From positions 800,001-864,000 of the forward strand of contig OY761158.1 in NCBI GenBank assembly GCA_963664405.1: a stretch of 64,000 nt of DNA. Direction: 5' to 3'. Both the position numbers and the translations under genes were made by a program. Shown piece after piece: positions 30,705 through 40,417 of the stretch. The notes beneath the pieces were generated by a model that was not told the DNA's origin, ran no database searches, and saw only the letters and a list, made by a program, of their open reading frames with translations. Each line of letters starts with the position of its first letter. Position 1 is the stretch's first letter. This DNA is from Thermoanaerobaculia bacterium (GTDB lineage Bacteria; Acidobacteriota; Thermoanaerobaculia; Multivoradales; Multivoraceae).

Positions 30705-33283
30705 GGTAGTTGATTGCGGTAGCGCCAGATGGTCTTGAGGAGCCCCGAGGCGGAGGTGACTTCGGCGCCGCGTTTCTGGCAGGCGACGCCGATCTCGAAG
30801 GCGAGTCGCCACTGGCGCCGGAGCTTGCTCCAGGCACGAAAGACACTGTTTCGGGGATCATAGATGTCAGTCGACTCGGCAGTGACGCCGTTGAGCTCGA
30901 GGATCGTGAGATTCTTTCCGCATTTCAGATCGTCCAAATCCGGAACGCGGAAGTCGAAGCGGCCAAAGTAAAAACCCTCGAAGCAGCGACTGAGGCGATC
31001 GACCGCCGCAACCAGTTCAGGTGTGCAGTGCGCCGAGCCGTCGAGGAAGAGGGTGCCGCGAGAGTGCGCGCCTATTGCTGTGAGCTCGAGCCTCTCTCCG
31101 GCTGCCGGCACATCGCTCAGCCGCCCCTCTAACTCGCGGCGGTACACGTCGGCGATGGCCACTGCCCGGGGGTCGCGCAAGATGAGATCTTCGAGGCAGG
31201 TCGAGCCATCGCCGACCACCACCGGTTGACGCTTCTCGGTGATCGAAAGCACCTCACCCTGCCGGCCTGGAAAGCGATAGTAGAAAACCCCGAACTCGAG
31301 GCCTCCAACGTATTCCTGCACCAGGGTCGGTAGGGAATGGTCCCGGAAGTACTCGACGGCCTCATCCTCTCCGCTCACGACCTCGACACCTTGGCCGCGC
31401 TGCCCGTGGTCGGGCTTGAGCACGACCGGAAAACCCACCCCGCTCTGGTCGATAAAGGCTCGAAAACAAGCAAGGCGCGTCTCCGCATCTCCGGGTGGAA
31501 TCAGACGCCACAACGGTATCTCGCCGTCCGTGCCGCTAAAGGAGCTGAGGATCTCCGCCTTCGACTCACCGATGAATCCCGCGTCAGGCATCCCCGGGTT
31601 GGCGGCCGTGAAAACCGTCAAGCCTCGAAACCTCACTCCGAGAGCCAGGATGTGGAGCACCACCGGCGGATAGAAGAGCCAGGAGGGCCAGAACTCCCAA
31701 CGCGTGGATCGACGCCAGAGTCCCACCAAGCCTCGTCGACCACGCCAGGTGAGGAGGCGGGGCACGATCCGCATCAGCAGCGTGAAAACAGCGACACCGA
31801 CGACGAATAGAAGCAACAGGTTGTGGCGCAGGGTCTCGAGATGGTCGAGGGCGGCAGTACCGGCGACTCGTGACGACATCACGAGAAGCGGGGTCCAGAT
31901 CGCTACCGCGATCGCCATGTAGAAGGAGAAGTGCAAGAACGAAGTCCGCAACAGGCCGGCGGCGAAGTAGGTGGCCAGGCGAGTGCCAGGCATGAATCGA
32001 CTGATGGTGATCACAATCGCACCGCGCCGGCGAAACCACGCCGAGCTGCGGGCGACAGCCTCCTCTCGCAGCCACCATTTCAAAGGTGGCAAGGCGAGCG
32101 CCGGTCTGCCGAGCCAACGACCCACCCAGAACATAAGTACGTCACCGACGAAGATACCGACCGCGCACGCGATCACCGCGGACGAGAACGGCAAGCGCCC
32201 TTCCGCGACCAGAAGACCGGCGCCAATGCAGGTCAGATCTTCGCTGATCAGAGTCGCCGTAGCGAGCAGAGCCATCATCACCAGCAGAGCCGGGCCCGTC
32301 CAGCGAGGCGCATCTAGAGGGTCGAAGGGTGCCTCCGCCAGGCGTAGACGAGCCGCCTCCGCGCGGCTCCGATCCGGCGCCTCGCCGCGCTCGACTCGGC
32401 TCCAGAACTCACCCAGGCTCGGAGCGATATCCGGTTCCTGGGTAAAGACGAAAAAGTGATTGGCGTCGAGCATCAGGAGCTCGCTGTGAGGCACGATTCG
32501 GTGGTGCTCCAGCGCGGCCTCTCGAGGCACCAGAAAGTCTTCGCGACCGTGCACGATCAGAACCGGCATTTGGAGCCGAGACAAGATTTCGCGGAGTGGG
32601 CGCTGGTCGCTATCGTAGAAGTTGCGCGCGTAGGCGTGATCGAGGGGGAACTGGGAGAGGAGTCCCATATGTGGCACTGCCTCCTGCAACAACCACAGTG
32701 CTCCGACTTGGAGCCCGTGCAGGAGGTGGTTGAGTCGGTAGTTGCCCAGAAGCTCCATCTCCTGTACCCCAATCGAGGACAGCAGCGCCAGAGACATCAC
32801 CCGCTGCGGCACCATTCTCGCCAGTTCCAGAGCTACCCCACCGCCCATGCTGAAGCCGACGAGGTGAAAGCGATCGACTCCGACCTCGTGCAGCCAGTCC
32901 CGTACATAGCCCGCGTGGGCAAGAATCGAATAGTCCGGCAGTTCGCCGCTCGAGGCACCGAAGCCGGGAAGATCGGGGGCGAGTAACCAACGGCCTCCGG
33001 CCAAGGCGGGCGCGAGGCGGCGAAAGTCCCGCAGGCCACCGGGGCTCCCATGCAGAAGCACAACAGGCTCGCCGTCGCGATGCCGAGCCCCCCACTCGCC
33101 CCAGCTCATCTGGACTCGAGCCGCCAACCTCTCCTCCCCGCGGATGGCAGCGAGGCCGATTGACTCAGGACCGGTTGGGGGCGACGATCGCCGACCCCGC
33201 TCGACGAAGTGCGAGAGGCCAAGGAGGGCCAGGTAGAGAGCCAAGACCGACCACAGTCGCAGACGACGTCTACCCAAGAACAT
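30701..33283 (-). CDS. Three-domain fusion: alpha/beta hydrolase + DedA/VTT membrane domain + ATP-grasp ligase
   Basis: HGSPG, GFSMGG (hydrolase); SEDL, GD..MFWVGR, SRFMPGTR (DedA); WEFWP, TAANPG, LKPDHGQRGQGV, QEY, GRFDFR, ILELNG (ATP-grasp). Confidence 0.85.
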   Translation of the reverse strand: MFLGRRRLRLWSVLALYLALLGLSHFVERGRRSSPPTGPESIGLAAIRGEERLAARVQMSWGEWGARHRDGEPVVLLHGSPGGLRDFRRLAPALAGGRWLLAPDLPGFGASSGELPDYSILAHAGYVRDWLHEVGVDRFHLVGFSMGGGVALELARMVPQRVMSLALLSSIGVQEMELLGNYRLNHLLHGLQVGALWLLQEAVPHMGLLSQFPLDHAYARNFYDSDQRPLREILSRLQMPVLIVHGREDFLVPREAALEHHRIVPHSELLMLDANHFFVFTQEPDIAPSLGEFWSRVERGEAPDRSRAEAARLRLAEAPFDPLDAPRWTGPALLVMMALLATATLISEDLTCIGAGLLVAEGRLPFSSAVIACAVGIFVGDVLMFWVGRWLGRPALALPPLKWWLREEAVARSSAWFRRRGAIVITISRFMPGTRLATYFAAGLLRTSFLHFSFYMAIAVAIWTPLLVMSSRVAGTAALDHLETLRHNLLLLFVVGVAVFTLLMRIVPRLLTWRGRRGLVGLWRRSTRWEFWPSWLFYPPVVLHILALGVRFRGLTVFTAANPGMPDAGFIGESKAEILSSFSGTDGEIPLWRLIPPGDAETRLACFRAFIDQSGVGFPVVLKPDHGQRGQGVEVVSGEDEAVEYFRDHSLPTLVQEYVGGLEFGVFYYRFPGRQGEVLSITEKRQPVVVGDGSTCLEDLILRDPRAVAIADVYRRELEGRLSDVPAAGERLELTAIGAHSRGTLFLDGSAHCTPELVAAVDRLSRCFEGFYFGRFDFRVPDLDDLKCGKNLTILELNGVTAESTDIYDPRNSVFRAWSKLRRQWRLAFEIGVACQKRGAEVTSASGLLKTIWRYRNQLP

Positions 33284-33300
33284 GCCAGAGGGATCCTATC

Positions 33301-33711
33301 CTTCGGGAATGATGGGTATCATTCCCTGCGGATAGGGCACATGGCGCCGAGGACGGCGCATCCTGCGGAAATGATGGGTATCATTTCCTCCAGATGCGGA
33401 ACATGGCGCCGAGGACGGCGCATTCCAGACCCTTCGGGAATGATGGGGATCACACTCCCCGGATAGGGAACATGCCGCCGAGGACCGCGCATTCCAGAGC
33501 CTCCGGGAATGATGGGGATCACATTCCCCCCGGACAGGGAACATGCCGCCGAGGACGGCGCATCCTGCGGAAATGATGGGTATCATTTCCTCCAGATGCG
33601 GAACATGGCGCCGAGGACGGCGCATCCTGCGGAAATGATGGGTATCATTTCCTCCAGATGCGGAACATGGCGCCGAGGACGGCGCATCCCGGAGCCTCCG
33701 GGAATCATGAC
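33301..33711 (+). repeat. Tandem array of two-hairpin repeat (6 units plus partial; 62-69 bp period)
   Basis: Palindrome GG(A/G)AATGAT-N4-ATCATT(T/C)CC at 33305, 33367, 33436, 33505, 33569, 33631 (partial 33700), alternating with GCGCCGAGGACGGCGC at 33344, 33406, 33475, 33546, 33608, 33670; units 3-4 degenerate. Confidence 0.93.
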
Positions 33712-33719
33712 CAAGAGGC

Positions 33720-33759
33720 TCCAGGGGAGGGAACGGTACATACCACTCCCTCCCCTGGA
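33720..33759. terminator. Strong hairpin downstream of the Gly-rich gene
   Basis: 13-bp perfect stem TCCAGGGGAGGGA/TCCCTCCCCTGGA; no clear U-tract. Confidence 0.45.
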
Positions 33760-33786
33760 CGTGGGTCGATTCCGACTAGAGGGAGG

Positions 33787-34518
33787 TCAGCCCTGCCGGT
33801 TGTAGACCCTTAGGATCTCGACGCCCGCCATCGGGCCAGTTGAGTTCTTCAACGTCACACTGAGGCTGTCGGCCTCGGGTGAAAGAGTCCAGGTCTCGGT
33901 GAGGCGCGACTTCCGGTCATCCATCTCGACCTTGGTCTGCACCACCAGCTTGCCATTCTTCCAGCGGCTCTTGACCGTCCGCAACGCACCGTTATCGAGA
34001 ATGTCGTCGTCTTCTTTGCCGTCCACGAGGATCTCTCTGCTGATCCCGTCGGCAAAGTTGAATGTCACTGCGTTCCCGGACTGAACGATCTCGACCTGAT
34101 CGGCGCTCAGGAGAGAACGCATCTCGCTCAACCCTGGAGGCCCACCAGGACCGCCGCCACGCCCGCCGCGGCCGCCACCGCCACCGCCTCCACCGCCGCG
34201 GCCACCACCACTGCCGAATCCGCCACCGCCACGACCACGGCCACCGCCGCCACCGCCGGATCCGCCGCCACCGCCACGGCCACGGCCACCTCCGCCGCCG
34301 CCACCGCCGCCGCCGCCGGATCTGGCTTCGCGCATCTTCGCTTGAACGTCGTCGCTCGCCTCGGGGTCGAGCACCCAGCTACCGTTGAGATCCAATGCCT
34401 TTTCTTCGCCGACCGCCGCAGCGGTCACCAGGAACAACGACAGGAGCAGTGCAGAGCACGCGGCCCAGACGAAGCTGGAGCTGGGGGCTCTGCAAGTCTT
34501 CACCGGGACCATGCTCAC
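33787..34518 (-). CDS. Secreted hypothetical protein with long Gly/Arg-rich insert
   Basis: Signal-like N-terminus, DLNGSWVLDPEASD, ~55-residue G/R/S tract, lipocalin-like tail ending RVYNR. Confidence 0.75.
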   Translation of the reverse strand: MSMVPVKTCRAPSSSFVWAACSALLLSLFLVTAAAVGEEKALDLNGSWVLDPEASDDVQAKMREARSGGGGGGGGGGGRGRGGGGGSGGGGGGRGRGGGGFGSGGGRGGGGGGGGGRGGRGGGPGGPPGLSEMRSLLSADQVEIVQSGNAVTFNFADGISREILVDGKEDDDILDNGALRTVKSRWKNGKLVVQTKVEMDDRKSRLTETWTLSPEADSLSVTLKNSTGPMAGVEILRVYNRQG

Positions 34519-35030
34519 TTTTCCTCACCGCCACCGCCCGGACCGCGATGCCCTCTGCCTCCACCTCCACCGCGGGGTCCACCTCTCCGGCCACCCTCGC
34601 GGGATGCCATGAAAGCCTCGTACCTGGCTAGCTGCTCGTCATCGAGAAGGGTAGCAGTGTCTTGCTGAAGCTGCTCCTTTAGGCCCCGCCCCTCCTCGTC
34701 GAGCTGGTGAGAGGAGATCATCGCCTCGCCGACCGTGGTCGCATCCGGAGCTCCGCTGTCGAGCTCCTCCTTGATCAGGGCTCGGAAAGAGCTCATCTCT
34801 TTCATCAGCACTCGCGAAGCCTCGCGCTGATCCTGGTGCAACAGAGTCCACTCCTCCTGCTGTGTCTCGCTGAGCTCGAGGAGCTCGAAGAGAGCCTCTG
34901 GGCCGCGAGGCCGAGGGCCTCCATCACCGCCTCCTCGGCTGATGTGCGTTGGCTGCGCCCCTGCGCTCAGCGAAAGCACGAGTGTCAGGGCACAGGCGGC
35001 CGGAACGATAAGCATCCGGTTCTGGGTCAT
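34515..35030 (-). CDS. Spy/CpxP-family periplasmic chaperone or sensor
   Basis: Signal peptide; LELSETQQ and LLDDEQ (LTxxQ-like) motifs; Gly-rich tail. Confidence 0.78.
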   Translation of the reverse strand: MTQNRMLIVPAACALTLVLSLSAGAQPTHISRGGGDGGPRPRGPEALFELLELSETQQEEWTLLHQDQREASRVLMKEMSSFRALIKEELDSGAPDATTVGEAMISSHQLDEEGRGLKEQLQQDTATLLDDEQLARYEAFMASREGGRRGGPRGGGGGRGHRGPGGGGEEK

Positions 35031-35154
35031 CTTTATCTCCTTTTGCGTCGTCTTTGTCAGTAGCTATCGGTCGCCTCCTAGATCTCTAGGGCGACCTTTC
35101 GACGAAATCGTAGCGGCCCACTCGCACAAAGTCTTCAAGGTGGGGAAAGGACCC

Positions 35155-35169
35155 TGTAAAGAATGTAAA
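35155..35169 (+). promoter_or_regulatory. Candidate OmpR/CpxR-type direct-repeat box
   Basis: TGTAAA-GAA-TGTAAA in the divergent spy/cpxP-kinase intergenic region; AT-rich in a GC-rich genome. Confidence 0.5.
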
Positions 35170-35215
35170 CTTCGCCAAGGCGAGTAGCCCCGGAGAGCTG
35201 GGGCGCTAGACTCCC

Positions 35216-36252
35216 TTGGTTGTGATCCCGACTCCTCGCATTCTGATCGCGGCGGCCGCGGCCACTGCCGCCCTCCTCATCACCCTTGCGGTTCTCCAGT
35301 ACAACTGGATCGGGCAGGTAAGCCGCGCCGAGCGCGAAGGCATGCTAAAGAGCCTCCAGCTGGCCGCCGACGGAATCGTCGAAGACTTCGACTTCGAAAT
35401 CGCGCGCGCCTTCTTCTCTTTCCAGACCCCGCCCTCCCGCGACCTCCAGCCGGCGGAGGTTCTCAGCGAGAGCTGGCGTGCCTGGGAGACAACCGCTCTG
35501 GAGCCGGACCTCGTTGACGGCATCTACTACCTCGAGCAAGCGGACCGTCGCTCAGAGCCGGAGATCTTTCGGCTGGAGCCGCAGACCGCGGTGCTGGTGC
35601 CTCACCCCTGGGACCAGAGGTTGGAGCCGCTGAAGAGGGCCTCAGGCATGCAGGCCTCGGATCCCTCGAGGCGGCCGCCCGGCCGCGCCCGGGGACCGGG
35701 TGCCCGATCAAACATCGTGGCGGAGATGCCCGCCCTCCTATTCCCGGTACCGCCTACTCCACCCCCGGAGCGGTCGGATCGCGAGGCAGCGCGGCGTGGC
35801 TCAGGCACTCGAGCGTGGATCGCGATCAGCTTAGACCGAGGAGTCATCACCGATCGATTGCTCCCCGAGCTGATCGAAGCTCGGCTCGGGCCCGAGCCGA
35901 GAGAAGTCGAGGTGGCAATCCTAGACACCGACGGAAGATCTGCGGTCTTCCGGTCGAGCAGCGCAATCTACCCGGTAGCTCAGGGGGACGTCCACCGGCC
36001 CCTGTTTACACTGCGGTTCTTTCCGGAGCTTCGCGCACAGGGGTTCCAGAGGCTGTTCGACGACCCCGAAGAACGGCGACGCCTCGAGACCATGCTTGGT
36101 GCCGAAGAACGGCGACGACGGCGAGCACCCTTTCCCCGCCTCGAGCAAGACGCAGCCTGGACCCTCGTACTGACGCGAGCCGAGGGGTCCCTCGAAGCCG
36201 CCGTCGCGCGCGTTCGGCGACGCAACCTCGCGGTCAGTCTCGCCGTACTAGT
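35216..36252 (+). pseudogene. Sensor histidine kinase, 5' part (TM1, periplasmic domain, start of TM2), IS-interrupted
   Basis: LAVLQYNWIGQVS...GSLEAAVARVRRRNLAVSLAVLV; continues in frame at 38072. Confidence 0.88.
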
Positions 36253-38065
36253 CCTTGAACAAGCGCTTCCTATGTGGTTGCGATAGCCAGAAAAGGAGAA
36301 AAGCCCCGTTCTTTCAGGTAGTTTCAGGTTGACAGACCCAAAAAACACCGGACGAAAGAGAGGCTTTTCAGGTGAAACAGATTACGGTTGTGCAGAGAGA
36401 AGGTCAAGCGGCGATCAAGGCTCGTTTGGATCCGACCTGGTATCCGGAGACGGATGTCCCGATGCTGTCGGAGGAATCGGTGTATTACCAGATATCGACG
36501 AGGAGCAAGGCGATTGTGTGTGGTGGTCTGGGTCTGGTGCGCCAGCTGGTGAAGCACCTGGGTATCGCCAAGACGTTGGATCGGCGTGTGGAGGTGTTGA
36601 AGCGTCACTTTCCGTACCACGAGTCGGATCACATTTTGAACATGATCTACAACTTGGTTACGGGTGGTTGCACGCTTGAGGACCTGGAGCGACGTCGCCG
36701 CGACCTGGCGTATTTGGACGCAGTGGGTGCGCGCAGGATTCCGGGTCCAACGACCGCCGGGGACTTTCTTCGCCGATTCGACGAAAAGCAGATTGTAGGT
36801 TTGTTGGAAGCGAACCTGGAGATCGGCAAAAGGGCTTGGAAGTGGAAGCGGGGCAAGGGCGAAGCGACGATCGATGTTGACGGGACGATCGCGGAGGTGG
36901 GCGGAGATTGCCGAGAAGGTGCCGACCTGGCGTACAACGGGAAATGGGGTTACGGTCCGTTGCTGGTCACGCTGGCGAACTCCTCGGAGGTGTTGTGGGT
37001 GGAGAATCGCTCCGCCTCTCGTCCTTCTCACGAGGGCTCGGCGGCGGCGCTGGAGCGCTGTGCGCAGGCCGCTCTGGCGCGCGGTTTCAACTCGGTTCTG
37101 TTTCGCGGAGACACCGACTTCACGTCGAGCGCCTCCCTGGATGGCTGGGACCAGAAGGGGTATCGGTTCGTGTTCGGGATGATGGCCCACGCGAAGGCCA
37201 AAAACCTGGCAAACAGCTTGGAAGAGGGGGATTTCAAGCCTTTGAAGCGGCCGGATCGGGTGCCTGCCGGCCTTCGCGCCCGACCGCAGAACCAGCGCCA
37301 GCTGGTGATCTCAGCCAAGGGGTATCTGAACCTCGAGCTCGAAGAAGAGGACGTCGCCGAGATCGAATATCGGCCGAGGAAGTGCCGCCAGAACTATCGC
37401 CTGGTGATCCTGCGAAAAACGATCAAGGTCACCCAGGGACAGCACCTTCTGGAGCCGCAGATCCGCTACTTCTTCTATCTTACGAACCTACCGAAGACGA
37501 GTCACAATGCAGCTGCGATCATTGCCGAAAGCAACCAGCGCTGCGACCAGGAGAACCTGATCGCGCAGCTTAAGAGCCAGATCCAAGCCATGAGGATGCC
37601 GACCAAGAGCTTCCTTGGCAACTGGGCCTACTTGGTGATCGGCTGTCTGGCCTGGAACCTGAAAGCCTGGCTGGCTCTCTCGGTTCCCAAGAAGCTTCGC
37701 CCCTATATCGCCCGCTGCGACTTCCGCACCTTCTACCACGACATCATCCTCGTGCCCGCACAAATCCTCAGGTCCGGACGAAGAATGATCTTTCGCCTCC
37801 TCGGCTTCAGAGACACCGTCCCTTGGCTGCTCGAAGCGCACCACGCCGTCTCATGAAGCTTAGCCCCGACCCACAGCGAAAACCTCCAAGGCCGCCTCGG
37901 TCGACCTGTGTCTCCGAAAGCCTCGATTCCGACCCTCTCCCCACACAAGACCCTGCCGACCGCACCGACTCAGCGTTTCTGCGCCAATTCTTCCCACCCG
38001 AGACGACCTTATGGCCCCTTACATGCGACGAACCGATGCTACAAGCGCGAAGCGCTTGTTTAAGG
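36253..38065 (+). mobile_element. IS1380-family insertion sequence (1813 bp)
   Basis: 17-bp IRs CCTTGAACAAGCGCTTC / GAAGCGCTTGTTTAAGG (1 mismatch); TSD ACTAGT at 36247-36252 and 38066-38071. Confidence 0.94.
36372..37856 (+). CDS. IS1380-family transposase
   Basis: PYHESDH, IPGPTTAGDFLRRF, IDVDGT, FRGDTDF, RCDQENLIAQLK, NWAYLVI..LAWNLK. Confidence 0.93.
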   Translation: MKQITVVQREGQAAIKARLDPTWYPETDVPMLSEESVYYQISTRSKAIVCGGLGLVRQLVKHLGIAKTLDRRVEVLKRHFPYHESDHILNMIYNLVTGGCTLEDLERRRRDLAYLDAVGARRIPGPTTAGDFLRRFDEKQIVGLLEANLEIGKRAWKWKRGKGEATIDVDGTIAEVGGDCREGADLAYNGKWGYGPLLVTLANSSEVLWVENRSASRPSHEGSAAALERCAQAALARGFNSVLFRGDTDFTSSASLDGWDQKGYRFVFGMMAHAKAKNLANSLEEGDFKPLKRPDRVPAGLRARPQNQRQLVISAKGYLNLELEEEDVAEIEYRPRKCRQNYRLVILRKTIKVTQGQHLLEPQIRYFFYLTNLPKTSHNAAAIIAESNQRCDQENLIAQLKSQIQAMRMPTKSFLGNWAYLVIGCLAWNLKAWLALSVPKKLRPYIARCDFRTFYHDIILVPAQILRSGRRMIFRLLGFRDTVPWLLEAHHAVS

Positions 38066-38071
38066 ACTAGT

Positions 38072-38882
38072 ACTGCTTGGAGCGACCGTGCTAGCCCTCT
38101 TCTTCTCCGCCCGTCAGGCCCAAGCTCTAGCTCAACGTCAGCTGGAGTTCGTTACCGGCATCACCCATGAGCTGCACACGCCACTCGCCGCGATCGCATC
38201 TGCGGCCGAGAACCTCAGCGACGGCGTAGTCCGCGATCAGGATCAGATCCGCCGCTACGGCCGGATGCTCAAGGGGGAGAGCGGGAGGCTGAGAAACATG
38301 GTCGGGCAAGTGTTGGATCTAGCAAGCACCGCCCGCGCCCCGGAAAGCATGCAGCCACGAGCCCTGAATGTCGTGACGGTCCTAGAATCGGTCCTCGAAG
38401 AGCACGACTGGACCCTGAGCGAAGGCGCCTTCACGATTGAGAAGAACTTCGAGGAAGGCCTTCCTGCGGCTCTCGTCGACCCCGATGCGTTTCATCGTGC
38501 CCTGCACAACGTAGTCGGCAACGCCATAAAGTACGGCGGCAGGCGGGAGAAGTGGGTTGGCCTGAAAGTCGACCGCGAAGCGGCCGGTCGAGAGGGCCGG
38601 CTCTGCATACGGGTGCAGGATCGAGGGCCGGGGATCCCCCGCACCGAGCAGCGGCGAATCTTCGACCCCTTCTACCGCGGTACCGCCGTTGCAGCGGGCC
38701 ACATCCACGGCACCGGCCTCGGCCTGGCGGTCGCCCGCCGCCTCCTGGAGGCCAATGGGGGCAGCCTCGAGCTCGAGCTGAGCGAGCGCGGCAGGGGCTC
38801 GACTTTCGTTGTTCGAGTACCTCAGGCACCCGACACGGTCCCGCAAGAGGAGAAGATCGAAGATGAAGCATCCTCCGTCTGA
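38072..38882 (+). pseudogene. Sensor histidine kinase, 3' part (HisKA + HATPase)
   Basis: ITHELHTPL H-box, NAIKY, DRGPGI, FDPFYRG, GTGLGL. Confidence 0.9.
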
Positions 38883-39588
38883 CCCCAAGGAGCCGCTAGC
38901 ACAGAGTCCGCGCCGCATCTTGGTGGTCGAGGACGAGGTCAGTCTGATTCTGACCCTCGGCGACAGGCTGCGGAGCGAGGGCTACGAAGTCGAGGCCGTC
39001 GAGGACGGAATCGAAGGCTGGGAACGGGCCCGTACCGGTGACTTCGATCTCATCCTGCTCGACGTCGCCTTGCCTGGGCGCAGCGGGCTCGACGTCTGCC
39101 GCGATCTGCGCCAGGAAGGCGTGGGAACTCCCATCTTGATGCTGACTGCACGGACACAGCTTACCGACAAGGTAGTCGGCCTCAAGATAGGAGCCGACGA
39201 CTACCTCACCAAGCCTTTCGACATGATCGAGCTGCTGGCGCGAGTCGAAGCCCTACTGAGACGCACGGGCCGGCCCCTGGGCGGACCCACGAGCTACGCC
39301 TTCGGCGACATCCGAATCGATACGCGCAGCGCCGAAGTCAAGAGAGGCGGAGAGACGGTGGAGATCTCGAGCCTGGAATTCAAGCTCCTCGCCTACATGG
39401 TCGAGAAACGTGGCGCCGTTCTCTCACGAGACGAGCTACTCGACAAGGTATGGGGCTACGACGCGACGCCGACGACACGAACCGTGGACGTGCACGTCGC
39501 CTCTCTGCGCCAGAAAATCGAGCCTACTCCCTCGCACCCGCGCTACATCCTCACCGTCCACGGCATGGGATACCGCTTCGCCGGCTAG
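38863..39588 (+). CDS. OmpR-family response regulator
   Basis: ILVVEDE, LLDVALPG, GADDYLTKPF, VWGY, RTVDVHV, GMGYRF. Confidence 0.95.
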   Translation: MKHPPSDPKEPLAQSPRRILVVEDEVSLILTLGDRLRSEGYEVEAVEDGIEGWERARTGDFDLILLDVALPGRSGLDVCRDLRQEGVGTPILMLTARTQLTDKVVGLKIGADDYLTKPFDMIELLARVEALLRRTGRPLGGPTSYAFGDIRIDTRSAEVKRGGETVEISSLEFKLLAYMVEKRGAVLSRDELLDKVWGYDATPTTRTVDVHVASLRQKIEPTPSHPRYILTVHGMGYRFAG

Positions 39589-39611
39589 CCGGCCGTCCAG
39601 GGCACCCCTCC

Positions 39612-40403
39612 TCAGAAGCCGGGGTCGTCGGCCCTGTTTTCTGGACTGACTACCGGCACGAACTCGGCGGCGACGAGGGCGCGAAGCTTGCGCCCGAGAT
39701 CTTTGCGGTCGTCGCTCACCGCAGTCTGATCCGAGAAACGTACTGTCGCCTCGAAACGGGATATGCCGATGAGCTGCCAACCGTGGGGGAAGAACGGGGC
39801 ATCACCCCACCAGCAGACTCCGAGATGGGCGGGAATCTCGCCCGCCGGGGTGCGGTAGCCAATCGCGGCGGCGTGAACCGGCTGCGTCTTGCTCACCGGA
39901 AAGGCCAGCAAGCTACTACGGAAGGGAGCGACCACATCCCCTTGTGTACTCGTGCCTTCGCCAAAGAGAACGATACCGAAACCACGGTCTAGCACGTCCG
40001 CGACCAGCGAGTTGACGCGCACGATATCACGGCGCAGCGCGCGGTCGATGAAGATTGTGCCGGCGGCACGGCACAACCAACCAAAAAAGGGCCAGCTCCG
40101 AATCTCGAGCTTGCCGATGAAGTAGGCCTCCACGCAGGAGCCCAGAACCAAAACATCGACGTAGCTGAGGTGGTTGGACACCAAGAAAAAGGGAGCAACC
40201 GGAGGCGTGCCCTCGACTGTCAGTCGCCCTCCCAGAACGCGCAGAGAGGCCCGGGCCCAGTGGCGAAATAGAAAGTTTCGCGCTCGCCTTCGCAGATCCG
40301 CGAACGGCTGCAACAAGACCTGAGCTATCACCATCAAGCTGAAGCTGATGACGTTTACAAACAACAGTAGGAGAAGCCGAAGGGGCTTTCGAAGCGAGCG
40401 CAC
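39612..40403 (-). CDS. Lysophospholipid/lyso-aminolipid acyltransferase (PlsC/OlsA-like)
   Basis: NHLSYVD, FIDR, FGEGTS, CWWGD; start GTG 40403 or CTG 40421 (coupled to the upstream stop). Confidence 0.88.
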   Translation of the reverse strand: MRSLRKPLRLLLLLFVNVISFSLMVIAQVLLQPFADLRRRARNFLFRHWARASLRVLGGRLTVEGTPPVAPFFLVSNHLSYVDVLVLGSCVEAYFIGKLEIRSWPFFGWLCRAAGTIFIDRALRRDIVRVNSLVADVLDRGFGIVLFGEGTSTQGDVVAPFRSSLLAFPVSKTQPVHAAAIGYRTPAGEIPAHLGVCWWGDAPFFPHGWQLIGISRFEATVRFSDQTAVSDDRKDLGRKLRALVAAEFVPVVSPENRADDPGF

Positions 40404-40417
40404 GTCGTTGTGAGAGA

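Noticed and set aside
33301-33711. CRISPR array
   Set aside because: Sequences between repeats are short and themselves repeated rather than unique spacers; two motifs alternate; no cas genes or leader.
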